From an uncultured delta proteobacterium (GTDB lineage: Bacteria; Myxococcota_A; Polyangia; Polyangiales; Polyangiaceae): a stretch of DNA of 64,000 nucleotides. Shown here one piece after another: positions 8,904 to 20,055 of this stretch; position 1 is the stretch's first letter, and each line of letters begins with the position of its first letter. Under the pieces are notes generated by a model. That model was not told the DNA's origin, ran no database searches, and was given only the letters and a program-made list of their open reading frames with translations. The position numbers and the translations under genes were made by a program. The stretch is from NCBI GenBank assembly GCA_963716725.1, contig CAVQUB010000013.1, forward strand, positions 64,001 to 128,000, read 5' to 3'.

Positions 8904-10982
8904 TCAGGGACACCAGACGAGCGCGCCCGAGGCGAGGCCCACCAGCGCTGCGCGGCGCGCTGCCCGCGCGTCGAAGGTCGCGCCGCGGACGCCCACCTGC
9001 ATCAATCGCCGCAACGAGACGCCCGGACGGGCCGCCTCGAGGGCAGCTGCCTCTTCTCGAGGCAGGGCCAGAACTCGCCCACTTTCCCACGCGAGCTGCA
9101 GCGTTCCGCCGCGCTCGACGGTCTCGATCACGTTCGCGACCTCGTCCGCCGAGTAGGCGGTGAGCAGCGCGCTGGCGATGAAGGCCAGAGGCTCGGCGAA
9201 GTGCAGCGGGTCCTCGCCGTGACGAGCGCCGCCCACGAAGGAGAGCTCGCCGACGCGGAATCGGAACAGCGCCACGAGGCGCCGCCACGCCTGCTCGCGC
9301 AACGCGGCGTCGATGCGTTCGGCAGTGCAGAGCCCGAGATTCACGAGGCGCGTCCCCAGCCTCTCTCCCCTTCGCCAGGCGCTCTCGACCGCGCCATCGA
9401 CCTGCTTTCGAGGCAGACCATCCACCTCGCCCAGTCGCGAGCCGAGCAATTCGCGCGGATCGGTCGACGACGAATACACGGGCGCGCCGTCGACGAACCA
9501 GAGTCGAACCTGCTCGCTCCCGCGACGCGCACACAGCATGCCGGTGCGCCTTCGCCGCGTGATGTCGAAGACGAGCCCCGGGGTGTGTTCCAGCCGCACG
9601 GCCCAGCGTTCGTTGGTGTGCAGCGCGATGGGCTCGTGGAAGCGGTAAGCGGGGCGAGCCAACATGCGCCCGAGCTCGACCATGGTGGGCACCGCCATGA
9701 AGGCCCCACCGCTCCGGGACACCGCGGCGTCGATCGCCAGCCGACCCGTCGCCAGCATCTCCAGCACCTCGGCCAGCGCCAGCGGGCCGAGCACCGCGCC
9801 GCCGGAACGCTGGATTCGGTAGGTCACCTCGTTCGATCGCGGAACGCTCACCGCGTGGGCGAGCAGGTCGGGCACATCGCTGTCGTTTTCGGGACACAGC
9901 TCCCGGATCGCTTCCAGAATCGACGCCGGCGGAGCCTCACTTTCGCCCGCGACCAGCGCGACGGTCTCGATGAACTCTTCGCTACGAGGTCGCCGTCTCG
10001 GCTCCATCGAGACGGGCTTCTGCCGCACGTCACTCGACAGGGCGAGGAGCCCGAGATCTTCTAGCCACTCACAGAGCACGTGGGCGCCCAGGGAAACCCC
10101 CAGCTCTGCCGCTGCGTCCTCGATGGCGTCGCTGAGCTCCGTCGCGGACTGGTAGCGCTGCTCCGGCCAGCGCGACAGACCCTTGATCACGATCTCGCGG
10201 ACCACCGGCGGGATGTGCCCGCCGTCGGTGCGGAGGCGACGCAGGTTGCCGCGCTGCAAGCTCTGCAGCACCTCCAGCTCGGAGTCGCCCGCGAAGAGCG
10301 GCTGGCACAAGAGCAACTCGGCGAGCACCACCGACAGCGAGAAGAGATCGCTCCGGCCGTCCAGCGGCATGCCGAGCGCTTGCTCCGGCGAAACGTAGCC
10401 GACCTTGCCCTTGAGCTCTCCCGGCACCGTTCGCACGTCGATCAGAGTCGATCGCACAATGCCAAAGTCACCGAGCTTCACTTGGCCCATGCGCCCGACG
10501 AGGATGTTGCTCGGCGCCACGTCGCGGTGGACGATGCCCATCGGCAGCCCGTCGTCGTCGGTGGCGCGGTGCACGTACGCGAGGGCGTGCACCACGTCGC
10601 GCACGATGGTCAATGCGGGACCGAGTTCCACCGTACGCTTGCGCGCCGCCACCCGCGCGATGAGATCGGCGCCGGACAGCCCGTCGACGTATTCAAGGGC
10701 GATGAAGGGCACGCCATCGTGCTCGCCGAAGTCGAAGACCTCCACCAAGCTCGGGTGGCTGAGCGCCGCCTGAATGCGCGCCTCGTCGCAGAACATGGCC
10801 ACTAGGCGGGGGTCGTGGGCGAGCTGCGGCAAGATGCGCTTGATAGCGACGCGCTTCTGGAAGCCATGCAGTCCCTCGCGACGCGCCACGAAGACCTCCG
10901 CCATGCCGCCCACCCCGAGCAGTCGCTCGACGACGTAGTCCCCGAACCTCTCGGGACGCGCTTCAGCAGAGACCGGACGCAT
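8904..10982 (-). CDS. Ser/Thr protein kinase with myxobacterial C-terminal accessory domains
   Basis: LGVGGMAEVF, VAIK, HRDVAPSNIL, DFG, YVSPEQ. Confidence 0.9.
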   Translation of the reverse strand: MRPVSAEARPERFGDYVVERLLGVGGMAEVFVARREGLHGFQKRVAIKRILPQLAHDPRLVAMFCDEARIQAALSHPSLVEVFDFGEHDGVPFIALEYVDGLSGADLIARVAARKRTVELGPALTIVRDVVHALAYVHRATDDDGLPMGIVHRDVAPSNILVGRMGQVKLGDFGIVRSTLIDVRTVPGELKGKVGYVSPEQALGMPLDGRSDLFSLSVVLAELLLCQPLFAGDSELEVLQSLQRGNLRRLRTDGGHIPPVVREIVIKGLSRWPEQRYQSATELSDAIEDAAAELGVSLGAHVLCEWLEDLGLLALSSDVRQKPVSMEPRRRPRSEEFIETVALVAGESEAPPASILEAIRELCPENDSDVPDLLAHAVSVPRSNEVTYRIQRSGGAVLGPLALAEVLEMLATGRLAIDAAVSRSGGAFMAVPTMVELGRMLARPAYRFHEPIALHTNERWAVRLEHTPGLVFDITRRRRTGMLCARRGSEQVRLWFVDGAPVYSSSTDPRELLGSRLGEVDGLPRKQVDGAVESAWRRGERLGTRLVNLGLCTAERIDAALREQAWRRLVALFRFRVGELSFVGGARHGEDPLHFAEPLAFIASALLTAYSADEVANVIETVERGGTLQLAWESGRVLALPREEAAALEAARPGVSLRRLMQVGVRGATFDARAARRAALVGLASGALVWCP

Positions 10983-11097
10983 GGATACCAGCTTCAGACT
11001 ACCTCAATTGCGCGCCTCATACGCGCGCTCCGTGCGTCGCCTGCCAGCGCCCCCCGAAATGAGAAGGATGAAGTGCGCGGGAGTGTGCGCTGTCCCT

Positions 11098-12099
11098 TCA
11101 GCGTGCGCTGAGTCGGCACACGTGGGGCTTGTGGTCGAAGTAAAGCGTCTCGCTGACCTGCGCGTGGGCGCCGCTCAGGCCGGCGACCCAGCAATTTCCG
11201 ACGAAAGCGTCGCTCGAGACATGGTCGATGTTGAAGAGTCCACCGTAAGTCGCCGGCGCGTCCTGCCCGACCCGGGTGACGAAGCGTTGCTTCTTCCCGG
11301 GACCCGTCTGTTCGGTCAAGAACGCCGCGCTCTCGTCGAAGTCGGCCATGCGAACCGGATCGGTGTTGAAGTCCCCGAGCACGACGTTGCGCTCGCCGTT
11401 CGCCGCGGGAGCGCCGTCGCCCATGTCGATGAATACGAGCCCGAACTGCTTCAGCCGACAGTCTTGGTCGTCCTGGGCGATCCCTGACGACCCGTGCACG
11501 TTGACCACCGTGATGCTCCCGCCGGCCTCGAGCTCGACCACGCCCCTCCCGATCCGCGAGCCTTTGCCGCAACCGGGCACCTCGGCGCCGTCGAGGCCGT
11601 CCAGGCACAGATCCGCCGCGCAGCCCTGGAAGGTCCCGGTGCTCTTGCGCACGGCCAGGCACTTGTCGGAGTGCCCTTGGTGGCAGGCGACCTGAAAACC
11701 CTGCCCGAGAATCAGCTGCGCCACGCTGGCATCCCCGGGCTTCCAGCTCTCGCAGACGAACCCGGGCTTCGCTTCATCCGGCACGGTGGCACAGTCGCCG
11801 GGGTGAAAGATCTCTTGGAAGCCGACGATGTCGACAGGGTTTGCCTCGAACCACCGCCGCGTGTCGTCGATGACCTCGAGCCACGCCAGACCGTCGCCGT
11901 AGTACTGATCGGAGATCTTCGCCTGGGCCACGCCGTAGCCGTCGTCCGGCAGCGCGTCGTGACCCATGCCCGCAGTGGTGCCGGTGTTGAAGGTCGCCAC
12001 CACGAAGGCGGGCTTGACCGGAGCATCGTCGTCGCCGGAACAACCGGCGAGCGTCAGCGCGAGCGCGATGGCAGCGCGAGCTCGCGGCCGCGGCGTCAT
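11098..12099 (-). CDS. Endonuclease/exonuclease/phosphatase-family lipoprotein
   Basis: LAGC lipobox; ATFN, DIVGFQE, VLGDFN, IDHV and FDHKP motifs. Confidence 0.75.
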   Translation of the reverse strand: MTPRPRARAAIALALTLAGCSGDDDAPVKPAFVVATFNTGTTAGMGHDALPDDGYGVAQAKISDQYYGDGLAWLEVIDDTRRWFEANPVDIVGFQEIFHPGDCATVPDEAKPGFVCESWKPGDASVAQLILGQGFQVACHQGHSDKCLAVRKSTGTFQGCAADLCLDGLDGAEVPGCGKGSRIGRGVVELEAGGSITVVNVHGSSGIAQDDQDCRLKQFGLVFIDMGDGAPAANGERNVVLGDFNTDPVRMADFDESAAFLTEQTGPGKKQRFVTRVGQDAPATYGGLFNIDHVSSDAFVGNCWVAGLSGAHAQVSETLYFDHKPHVCRLSAR

Positions 12100-13364
12100 G
12101 CCGGGAGCCCGGGAGCCGGGAAGGACTTGCACAAATCCTTGACCTCAGCCGCGATGCGCCCGAGCAACTTCTCGTCGTCGGGTGCCGCCACGACCTGGTC
12201 CATCCACGCCGCGAGCTTCAGCATCTCGTCCTTGCCCATGCCCCGCGAGGTGATGGCCGGCGTACCGATGCGCAGCCCCGACGGATCGAAGGGCTTGCGC
12301 GGGTCGAAGGGGATCGAGTTGTAGTTGCCGACGATGCCGGCCCGGTCGAGGGCCTTGGCCGCCACCTTGCCGGGCAGGTTCTTGGGCGTGAGGTCGATCA
12401 GCATCAGGTGGTTGTCGGTGCCGCCGGTGACGAGGCGAAAGCCGCGACCCGCCAGGGCCTCGGCCAGGACCTTGGCGTTGTCGACGATGTTCTGGGCGTA
12501 GCGCTTGAACTCGGGCGAAAGCGCCTCCTTCACCGCGACCGCGATGCCCGCCGTGGTGTGGTTGTGCGGTCCACCCTGCAGCCCCGGGAACACGGCTCGG
12601 TCGATGTCCTTCGCGTGCTCCGCCTTGCACATGATCATGCCGCCGCGCGGACCGCGCAGGGTCTTGTGCGTCGTGGTCGTGATCACGTCGGCGAGGCCGA
12701 CCGGCGAGGGATGCACGCCGCCAGCGACGAGACCCGCGATGTGCGCGATGTCCGCACACAACTTGGCTCCGACCTCGCCGGCGATCTCCCGGAACTCTGC
12801 GAAGGCCAGCGTGCGCGGGTAGGCGGTGGTGCCACACCAGATGATCTTCGGCTTGTGCTCCCGGGCCAGGGCGCGCACCTGGTCGAGGTCGATGCGTTGA
12901 TCGCTCTCACGGACGCCGTAGGGCACGCTCTTGAAGTACTTGCCGGTGATGCTGACGGTGTGCCCGTGGGTCAGGTGGCCGCCTGCGGGCAGGCCGAGCC
13001 CCATGATCGTGTCGTGGGGCTGACAGAACGCCAGATACACGGCCAGGTTCGCAGGGCTGCCGCTGTACGGCTGCACGTTCACGTGCTCGGCGCCGAACAG
13101 CTCCTTCGCCCGCGCGATGGCGAGCTCCTCGACGGCGTCGATGACCTGCTGTCCTTCGTAGTAGCGCTTGCCGGGGTAGCCCTCGGAGTACTTGTTGGTC
13201 AGGACCGATCCGGTCGCCTCGAGCACCGCGCGCGACACGTAGTTCTCGCTCGGGATCAGGCGCAGCGTGTCGGCCTCCCGGCGTTCCTCGTCGGCGATGA
13301 GTCGGGCGATCTCGGGGTCGGTTTGGGCGAGGGAAGGGTCGTGATGCGCAGCAGCCGCGGTCAT
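12096..13364 (-). CDS. glyA: Serine hydroxymethyltransferase
   Basis: [55 protein letters not shown]. Confidence 0.97.
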   Translation of the reverse strand: MTAAAAHHDPSLAQTDPEIARLIADEERREADTLRLIPSENYVSRAVLEATGSVLTNKYSEGYPGKRYYEGQQVIDAVEELAIARAKELFGAEHVNVQPYSGSPANLAVYLAFCQPHDTIMGLGLPAGGHLTHGHTVSITGKYFKSVPYGVRESDQRIDLDQVRALAREHKPKIIWCGTTAYPRTLAFAEFREIAGEVGAKLCADIAHIAGLVAGGVHPSPVGLADVITTTTHKTLRGPRGGMIMCKAEHAKDIDRAVFPGLQGGPHNHTTAGIAVAVKEALSPEFKRYAQNIVDNAKVLAEALAGRGFRLVTGGTDNHLMLIDLTPKNLPGKVAAKALDRAGIVGNYNSIPFDPRKPFDPSGLRIGTPAITSRGMGKDEMLKLAAWMDQVVAAPDDEKLLGRIAAEVKDLCKSFPAPGLPA

Positions 13365-13598
13365 GGTGCCGATGGCATAAGCTCGATCCCGCCCCGCGCA
13401 AAGCCGAGCCGAACGCGGCCACCCGCCCAGGCCACCGCCCCAAGTCGTGGCAAGCACAAAGGAAATCGGCTAGGATTCGGATCTTGGCCCTGGCTCTCGA
13501 CGCGGGGATTTCGGTGAATACACTCCCGCGCTCGCGGGTTCCCTCGGGAGCCCGCAGTGATAGCGGGTCTGCACAGGATCTGAGAGGCGAGCGAAGCG

Positions 13599-16500
13599 AT
13601 GTCGAACGGCGGCGACCCGCAGGGCAAGCCCGCGTCAGCGGAGAACGGGGCGCTTCCGCGCGTCTCGACGCCGGCGGACAGTGCTCCGTCTCCCTCGGTG
13701 GAGGGCGTACCCCACGCCGCGTCGCACCTGTCGGGCAACCCGCCGCCGGTAGAGCCCGAGGCGGAAGTCGAGCACGACAGCGCGCCCCCGAGCATCCCGA
13801 GCGCGGCATCGCTCAAAGAGGGATCCATCCTCAGCGTGTCGATGCAGGAGATCACTCCGCTGGGCACACCGAGCCCGGTCTTGCCCGGCCACATCCTCGC
13901 CGATCGCTACGAGGTGATCAGCGTCCTGGGTGAAGGCGGAATGGGCATCGTCTATCGGTGCAAAGACATCGCCACTGGGCACGAGGTCGCGCTCAAGCGC
14001 GTGATCCCGCCGGAGAGCAAGCTCGCGGCCGAATACATCATGTGGTTCTACAAAGAGGCGCGCGCTCTGGCCGCCTTGGACCACCCCTGCATCGTTCGCG
14101 CGCAGGACTTCGGGCAGCTCAAGGACGGCACCCCCTTCCTCACCATGGACCTCGTCAGCGGCGTCTCGCTCCACGACCTGGCCCAGACCGCCAACCGCTT
14201 CGAGCTGATCTGGCATGCGCTCGATCAGATCCTGGGCGCCCTGGCCCACGCCCACGCGCGCGGGATCATCCACGGTGATCTCAAGCCCTCCAACGTGTTG
14301 GTCGAAGAGGTGCCTGGGCACCCGCCCAAGATCCACATCCTCGATTTTGGCCTCGCCTGGCTCAAGCAGGATCCCCACGACGAGCGCCTCGACGGCACCA
14401 AGCCCATGGAGTTCGCGCCCCACGCCGGCGCCGGCACTCCGGGCTACATGGCACCCGAGCAGATCCAGCACGAGATGCACCACGTGTGCGGCGCGACGGA
14501 CATGTACGCGCTGGGCTGCATCCTGTTCAAGCTGCTCTCGGGTCGGAGCGTGTTCGCCGGTGATCCCAAGGAGCTCTTGCGGCTGCACGCCTTCGAGAAG
14601 ATCCCGGAGCTGCGCCTGGCCATCACCGCGCCCGAGCAGGTGACGGCCTTCGTGAAGCGGCTCTTGGCCAAGCGCCCCTGGGATCGCTGGGAGTTCGCGT
14701 CGGAGGCGCGTGCCGCCTGGAGCGCGTGGCGCCCCGAGTCAGACGTCGATCCAGACGCCTACACGTTTCCGTCGCTGCCTCACAAGACCGCGAGCCCGCC
14801 GGCCCCGACCACGCGCCTGTCCGGTCCGCCCCGGGGCAGAGTCGAAGGCCTGACGCCGGCCGCACCGCAGCGCGCCCCGGGCCTGCTCAGCATTCGACCG
14901 AGCCCGCTGGTGGGGCGCGACGACGTGCGGCACGTACTGCGGGAGGTCTGCGACGAGGTGATCGAGGGCATCGGGGAGCCCCATCGCCTGGTCATCCTGG
15001 TGGGACCCGCCGGCGTCGGCAAGAGCCGCATCGTCGAGTGGCTCTGCGAGGTCGTGCACGAAGAAGGCACGATGATCCCTCTGCGCGCGCGCTACCGTCG
15101 CCTGCGCAGCCCGCTCGACGGCATGCTCGGCGGCGTCACGCACTATTTCAACTTCGAGCGCGCCGATCGCAACACCATCGAGAAGTCGCTGCTCTTGCGC
15201 TGGCGCGTCAATTCGGACGACAAGAACGGGCGCGCCTGGGTCGCGGGCGCGGCCGAGTGGGTCCGGCCGCTCTCCACCGATCAACCGGTGGGGCCCAGCG
15301 GCATTCGCTTCACCCTCGACAGCTTCGAGACGCGGCGATTGGTGATTCGTTACACGCTCCGGCGCATCGCTCGCGGCCGCCCGCTGCTCTTCTTCCTCGA
15401 CGATCTGCACAACTCGGGGCAGACGACCTTCGAGGGCCTGCTCAGGGTCCACCAAGAAGAACCCGATCAGCGCATCGTGATGGTGGCCACGGTGCGGTCG
15501 GAAGACGTGCAGCTCGGCACCCCTCAGGCCGAGCAGCTCCGCCAGCTGCGCGAGGCGATGAACGGCATCGTCATCGACGTGAAGCCCCTCGAAGCGGAGA
15601 TCACCGCGGCCCTCATCCGCGCCTCGCTCCCCCTCGACGACTCGGCGGTACAAGAGGCCGCGCGACGCAGCCGCGGCAACCCGCTCTTCGCGCTCCAGCA
15701 GCTGCATGCCTGGGCCCTCGCCGGCAACATGCAGATCCACGACGGTGTGTACCGGGTGCCGGACGAGGTCCTCACGGTGCGACCGCAGACCACCGCCGAG
15801 CTCTGGGACAGCCGGGTGAAGGTCATGCCCGAGGCCTACCGCCTGGCGGCCTACGCCGTGGCCACCCTGGGCGCCGACATCCGGCGCAACGTGCTGCACT
15901 CGCTCTTGATCAGGCTGGGGCTGGCCGCCGACGACGCCATCGTCAGCCTGCAGAACGCCGAGGTCATCTTGCCGCGGGGCGCCGGTCGCTACAACTGGCC
16001 CCACGCCCTCTTGCAAGAGCACCTGCTGGCGCAGCTCATGGAGCGGCCCGACGCCCGCGACATTTTCATAGCTGCGTCGGAGGCGCTCGGTGAGCACCCC
16101 TTGGCCAATCAGCGCCGCATCATCCGCCAGCGCGCCGCGAACATGCTGTACGCGAACGAGCCCGAGCTGGCGGCCAAGCTGATCTTCGACTGGCTCACCA
16201 CGGCCTGGAACAACGCCCGCGAGCCGCTCTCGACCCTCGGAGATCTCGAGCTGCTCAAGGGCCACCTGGAAGGCCGCAACCTCGCGCTCAAGCACCGCTG
16301 GTCGGCGGAGGCCCTGCGACACCTGGGCAAGCCAGAAGACGCGACGAACCACGCCGAGATCGCCCGGGCGGGCTTCGAGGAGATCGGCGACAGCGAGAAC
16401 CAGGCCAACTGCCTGCGCTTGCTCGGCCACCTCGCCAGCGAGAAGGGCGACAGCGTCGAAGGCGCCGAGTTGGCCACCCGCGCCCACGAGATCTTCACCG

Positions 16501-17351
16501 AGATCGGGCACGTGCTGGGCATGGCGCAGTCCGAGGCCGTGCTGGGCGAGATCTACTACCTGCTCGGCACCTACGACCGCGCGCGGGTGGTGATCCAGGC
16601 CGGCGAGCAGCACTTCGCGGAGCTCGGCCAACCCCTCGGTCGCGGCCAGTGCCTGCTCTTGCTGTCGTGGATCGATCACTCCGAGGGCCTGACCGAGCGC
16701 GCCCGCCGCCTCACGCTCGGCGCGCGAACGGAGTTCGAGACGGCGGGCTACCGCCTGGGCATCGCCCAAGCCAACGCCTCACTCTCCCACGTCGAACACC
16801 GCCTGATGAACTTCTACAGCGCCGAGCTCGGCGCCCTCGAGGCCCTCGGATCCTTCGAGGCCCTCCGCACGCCGCGCGGCCACGCCGCCTGCGAGCGCCT
16901 GCTCGCGATGATCGGCATCGACACCGACGATCTCGACATGGCCGAGATCCACGCCGACCTGTCCTGGAACGTGTACTCACAGATGCGCGACCCCTGGGGT
17001 CTGATCGAAGCCAAGCTGCTCGGCTGCCAGATCGCCCTCGCCCGCCGCGACTTGCCGGGCGCCCACGAGAAGCTGATGGAGGCCGCGGGCATCAGCGTGC
17101 AAGAGGCCGAGCCCCGCCAGCACTACCTGCTGACGCAGGCCTGGTACTACATCGAGAGCGGCGACGCCGACAAAGCCTACGAGTCCCTCGAGGCCGCCGC
17201 CGAAGTCTTCGGCGAACGCAGCCGCGCCGGAGATCACACGCCTCACTTGCTCGGGAGGTTGAGTCGTAAGCAGTGGCCCGAGCACGCGAGGAACCGGATC
17301 GATGCTTGGAGAGCGTTGCTCAATGACCGATCGCGGCGCGTTCAGGAGTGA
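13599..17351 (+). CDS. Ser/Thr kinase fused to a P-loop ATPase and TPR-like repeats
   Basis: LGEGGMGIVY, HGDLKPSNV, DFGLA, GPAGVGKS Walker A, FLDDLH Walker B, GNPLF, helical repeats. Confidence 0.9.
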   Translation: MSNGGDPQGKPASAENGALPRVSTPADSAPSPSVEGVPHAASHLSGNPPPVEPEAEVEHDSAPPSIPSAASLKEGSILSVSMQEITPLGTPSPVLPGHILADRYEVISVLGEGGMGIVYRCKDIATGHEVALKRVIPPESKLAAEYIMWFYKEARALAALDHPCIVRAQDFGQLKDGTPFLTMDLVSGVSLHDLAQTANRFELIWHALDQILGALAHAHARGIIHGDLKPSNVLVEEVPGHPPKIHILDFGLAWLKQDPHDERLDGTKPMEFAPHAGAGTPGYMAPEQIQHEMHHVCGATDMYALGCILFKLLSGRSVFAGDPKELLRLHAFEKIPELRLAITAPEQVTAFVKRLLAKRPWDRWEFASEARAAWSAWRPESDVDPDAYTFPSLPHKTASPPAPTTRLSGPPRGRVEGLTPAAPQRAPGLLSIRPSPLVGRDDVRHVLREVCDEVIEGIGEPHRLVILVGPAGVGKSRIVEWLCEVVHEEGTMIPLRARYRRLRSPLDGMLGGVTHYFNFERADRNTIEKSLLLRWRVNSDDKNGRAWVAGAAEWVRPLSTDQPVGPSGIRFTLDSFETRRLVIRYTLRRIARGRPLLFFLDDLHNSGQTTFEGLLRVHQEEPDQRIVMVATVRSEDVQLGTPQAEQLRQLREAMNGIVIDVKPLEAEITAALIRASLPLDDSAVQEAARRSRGNPLFALQQLHAWALAGNMQIHDGVYRVPDEVLTVRPQTTAELWDSRVKVMPEAYRLAAYAVATLGADIRRNVLHSLLIRLGLAADDAIVSLQNAEVILPRGAGRYNWPHALLQEHLLAQLMERPDARDIFIAASEALGEHPLANQRRIIRQRAANMLYANEPELAAKLIFDWLTTAWNNAREPLSTLGDLELLKGHLEGRNLALKHRWSAEALRHLGKPEDATNHAEIARAGFEEIGDSENQANCLRLLGHLASEKGDSVEGAELATRAHEIFTEIGHVLGMAQSEAVLGEIYYLLGTYDRARVVIQAGEQHFAELGQPLGRGQCLLLLSWIDHSEGLTERARRLTLGARTEFETAGYRLGIAQANASLSHVEHRLMNFYSAELGALEALGSFEALRTPRGHAACERLLAMIGIDTDDLDMAEIHADLSWNVYSQMRDPWGLIEAKLLGCQIALARRDLPGAHEKLMEAAGISVQEAEPRQHYLLTQAWYYIESGDADKAYESLEAAAEVFGERSRAGDHTPHLLGRLSRKQWPEHARNRIDAWRALLNDRSRRVQE

Positions 17352-17450
17352 CCGAGAGACGCAGGGACGCGGAGAACGCGGAGCACGCAGGGGGAAATTT
17401 TGGGGTTCGGAGGTGAACTGCGGCGCAGACGCGAGACCGATGACGTGCCG

Positions 17451-17816
17451 TCAGCGAGGGAGCGCTTCTCGGATGAGAGCGACGGCGACCTGCGGCGCGC
17501 GCAGAACGAGCTCGGCATCCAGCCGGAGGACGCGATACCCGAGCCGCGCGAGTTTGCGGTCGCGCGAGGCATCCGCGGTGGCGCGGGCGCGATGGCAAGC
17601 ACCGTCGACCTCGATGGCCAGTCGAGCGGCAGGCACCAAGAAGTCGACGATCGCATCCCCGAGCACCACCTGCCGACGCACTTCGACCCCGAGCCGCCGC
17701 GCGCGCAGCGCTTCCCACAGCGCGGCCTCCGACCGGGTGGCCTGCTCGCGCATCTCCGCGGCGCGCTGGGCGAGGAGTTCCTGACGACGGAGCTGAGCGC
17801 GTTGACGAGCGAGCAT
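17451..17816 (-). CDS. DUF559 / Vsr-like endonuclease-domain protein
   Basis: RAAEMREQATRSEAALWEALR..LG..RRQ..IVDFLVPAARLAIEVDGACH..DASRDRKLARLGYRVLR. Confidence 0.85.
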   Translation of the reverse strand: MLARQRAQLRRQELLAQRAAEMREQATRSEAALWEALRARRLGVEVRRQVVLGDAIVDFLVPAARLAIEVDGACHRARATADASRDRKLARLGYRVLRLDAELVLRAPQVAVALIREALPR

Positions 17817-18063
17817 GGGCACCTCCGAAGACCCGGTGTGGTGGGCGGGCCTCGCGACCCAGGGCGCACGATCTGTGACGCGCCGCTTGCGAGTGCTTCC
17901 GGGCGCGCATGCGCGTTCACTCGAGACCTCGCGTCTCAACTCGCCACGCGGCGCGGCGCGGAGCGTGCGCCGACGAGCGGGGCCCGACCGCCACGACGGG
18001 CCGAGGCGTCATGCCTCCGCTCGTCACGACCTTCGACGACGGTCCGATTTCGCAAGCACGCCC

Positions 18064-18132
18064 GTCTTCCCCATTCGGGCAAAGCCCGAATTTGGGGAAG
18101 ACCGACGCCGCGCAGCGGCGGCGAGTTGGGGC
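18064..18132 (+). repeat. Double-hairpin REP-like element, copy 1
   Basis: GTCTTCCCCATTCGGGC-AAA-GCCCGAATTTGGGGAAGAC, then CGACGCCGC-GCA-GCGGCGGCG, then AGTTGGGGC. Confidence 0.9.
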
Positions 18133-18542
18133 AGCAACGCACACGCCTCACTTGCTCGGGAGATTGAGTCGTAAGCAGTGGCCCGCTCACGCGAAGAACC
18201 GGATCGATGCGTGGAGAGCGTTGCTCAACGATCGATCGCGGCGTGTGCAGGAGTGACCGAGAGACGCAGGGACGCGGGGAACGCGGAGAACGCAGGGGGA
18301 GAATTTTGGGGTTCGGAGGTGAACTGCGACGCACGCTCGAGACCGACAGCGCGGTGTCAGCGAAGGAGCGCCTCGCGGATGAGAGCGAGGGCGACCGGCA
18401 GCGCGCGCAGAACGAGCTCGGCATCCAGGCGGAGGACGCGATACCCGAGCCGCGCGAGTTTGCGGTCGCGCGAGGCATCCGCGCCTTCGCACCCGAGGCA
18501 AGGCCGTCATCTCCACGTTGTTTCCTGGTCGTGGCAGAACCA

Positions 18543-18944
18543 ATGAGGCCCGCACTTCTCGTGCTGTTCGGAGCCGTCGCGTGCGGTGCAGTCCACATCG
18601 ATGACTCCGTGACCACCGACTCCGGCCCGGACGCGCCGGCCGACGTAGTCGACGACGCAGCATCCGCCGACAGCGACGCTCAACCCGAGGCCGATTCGCA
18701 CACCAGCGACGGAAACGAAACGGACGCGCCCGCCACTTGCACGGACGCCGGGCTCCCGGTGGCGAAGAAATGGCGCGTGAGTTGCTGCAACGGCTCGATT
18801 TGCCAGGGGACCTGCCTGTCCGGCCAGTGTGTCTGCGGAAGCGTCGCCGGCGGCTGCGAACACTTGCGCTGCTGCGACGTGGGCGGCGCCAGCGGCGAAA
18901 AGCTCGTGTGCGGAGGCGAGGGGGTTTGCTGGCCCTATCAGTAG
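18543..18944 (+). CDS. Small Cys-rich lipoprotein
   Basis: MRPALLVLFGAVAC lipobox, acidic linker, CC..C...C....C.C domain. Confidence 0.7.
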   Translation: MRPALLVLFGAVACGAVHIDDSVTTDSGPDAPADVVDDAASADSDAQPEADSHTSDGNETDAPATCTDAGLPVAKKWRVSCCNGSICQGTCLSGQCVCGSVAGGCEHLRCCDVGGASGEKLVCGGEGVCWPYQ

Positions 18945-19327
18945 GTATTCCTCGGTTCGCAGCCGCACTCACGGCGCTGCTCGGTGGCGTCGCGTGCGGT
19001 GGAGTCACCGCGCTCGGGACCGAGAGCGACGGCTCACCACCGCTCGATGGCGGCGACGCGACGACCGACGACGCGAAACTGGAACACGACGCGAGCGGCG
19101 ACGCGACGACCGACGACGCCTGTGCCACCGTTGGAGTCGGGGCCGGGGTCGAATCCTGCTGCTCGGGGAAGCTTTGCCGTGGAGAGTGCTCACCCTTCGA
19201 TGAATGCGTTTGCCACGGGTCCGGCGCAGTCGGCGGGTGCCCGGCGGGCGCCGCGTGTTGCAAAAACCCCTGGTTCAAACCGCACACGCCGACCTGCAAC
19301 GCGCCGCAAGACTGCGCTCCGGATTGA
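18926..19327 (+). CDS. Second small Cys-rich lipoprotein, paralog of the upstream gene
   Basis: GGVAC lipobox, acidic linker, SCCSGKLCRGEC..CVC..GGC..CC domain. TTG start is tentative. Confidence 0.6.
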   Translation: MLALSVGIPRFAAALTALLGGVACGGVTALGTESDGSPPLDGGDATTDDAKLEHDASGDATTDDACATVGVGAGVESCCSGKLCRGECSPFDECVCHGSGAVGGCPAGAACCKNPWFKPHTPTCNAPQDCAPD

Positions 19328-20055
19328 CGCGGCAGCCGAGTTGCTGACCACGGAGCTGAGCGCGTTGACGAGCGAGCATGGGTGCCTCCGAGGCACGACA
19401 CGCTCACTCGGTCGCGCCGAGCGAGCACAGCTGCATCAATCCCCCACGACGCCGCGTTCAAGAGTGGCGCGCGAGGGCTCGCCGACTGCGCGCCGGAGCG
19501 CTGATTGTGCGGGTCGTGCACAAGCGCCCACGAGCTGACTTCGCGTGATGCACGTACACGCCGTCGAGCACGAGAGCGTGGCCGTGGACGTTCAGTCTCA
19601 AAGCACCGTCCGTCCTCTGCACCGCGACCACGCCGCCGGTGTATGCTCTCGTGACGCTTGCGATTCCGAGCTCGCGCTTCGCGCGCCAGCGCAGCGAGCG
19701 GTCCACCTCCGCCATGAACGCGCTGACCACTTCTGCGCAGAGCTTCCGGTCGTCCCCCGTCGGGGACTTCGCAGCGTCGTAGCCGAGCAGCGCACGCAGC
19801 CCCCAGGGCAAGGAGCAAATCCAATGGCGGATCCGCACACGGGGCAGAACTCGCTCCTCCAAATGCACGGCCATGTCCGCCATGCGTCGCCCGACACAAG
19901 ATGGGCAAAAGCCGCGCTTTTTGCACGAAAACGCCACGAGGTCGGAGTAACCGCAGTCACGACACACGAGGTGCAGACAACCTCGCTCGAGCTGTCCACA
20001 CCCTAAATACTCCTCGAACTCCTTCACCACGACGCGCTGCGTGACACCCGACGGG

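Larger units (their letters stand above)
17235..18483 (+). repeat. Diverged direct repeat: 17235-17577 versus 18140-18483 (kinase 3' end plus DUF559 3' end)
   Basis: Both copies encode HTPHLLGRLSRKQWP.HA.NRIDAWRALLNDRSRRVQE* and share the downstream sequence. Confidence 0.95.
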
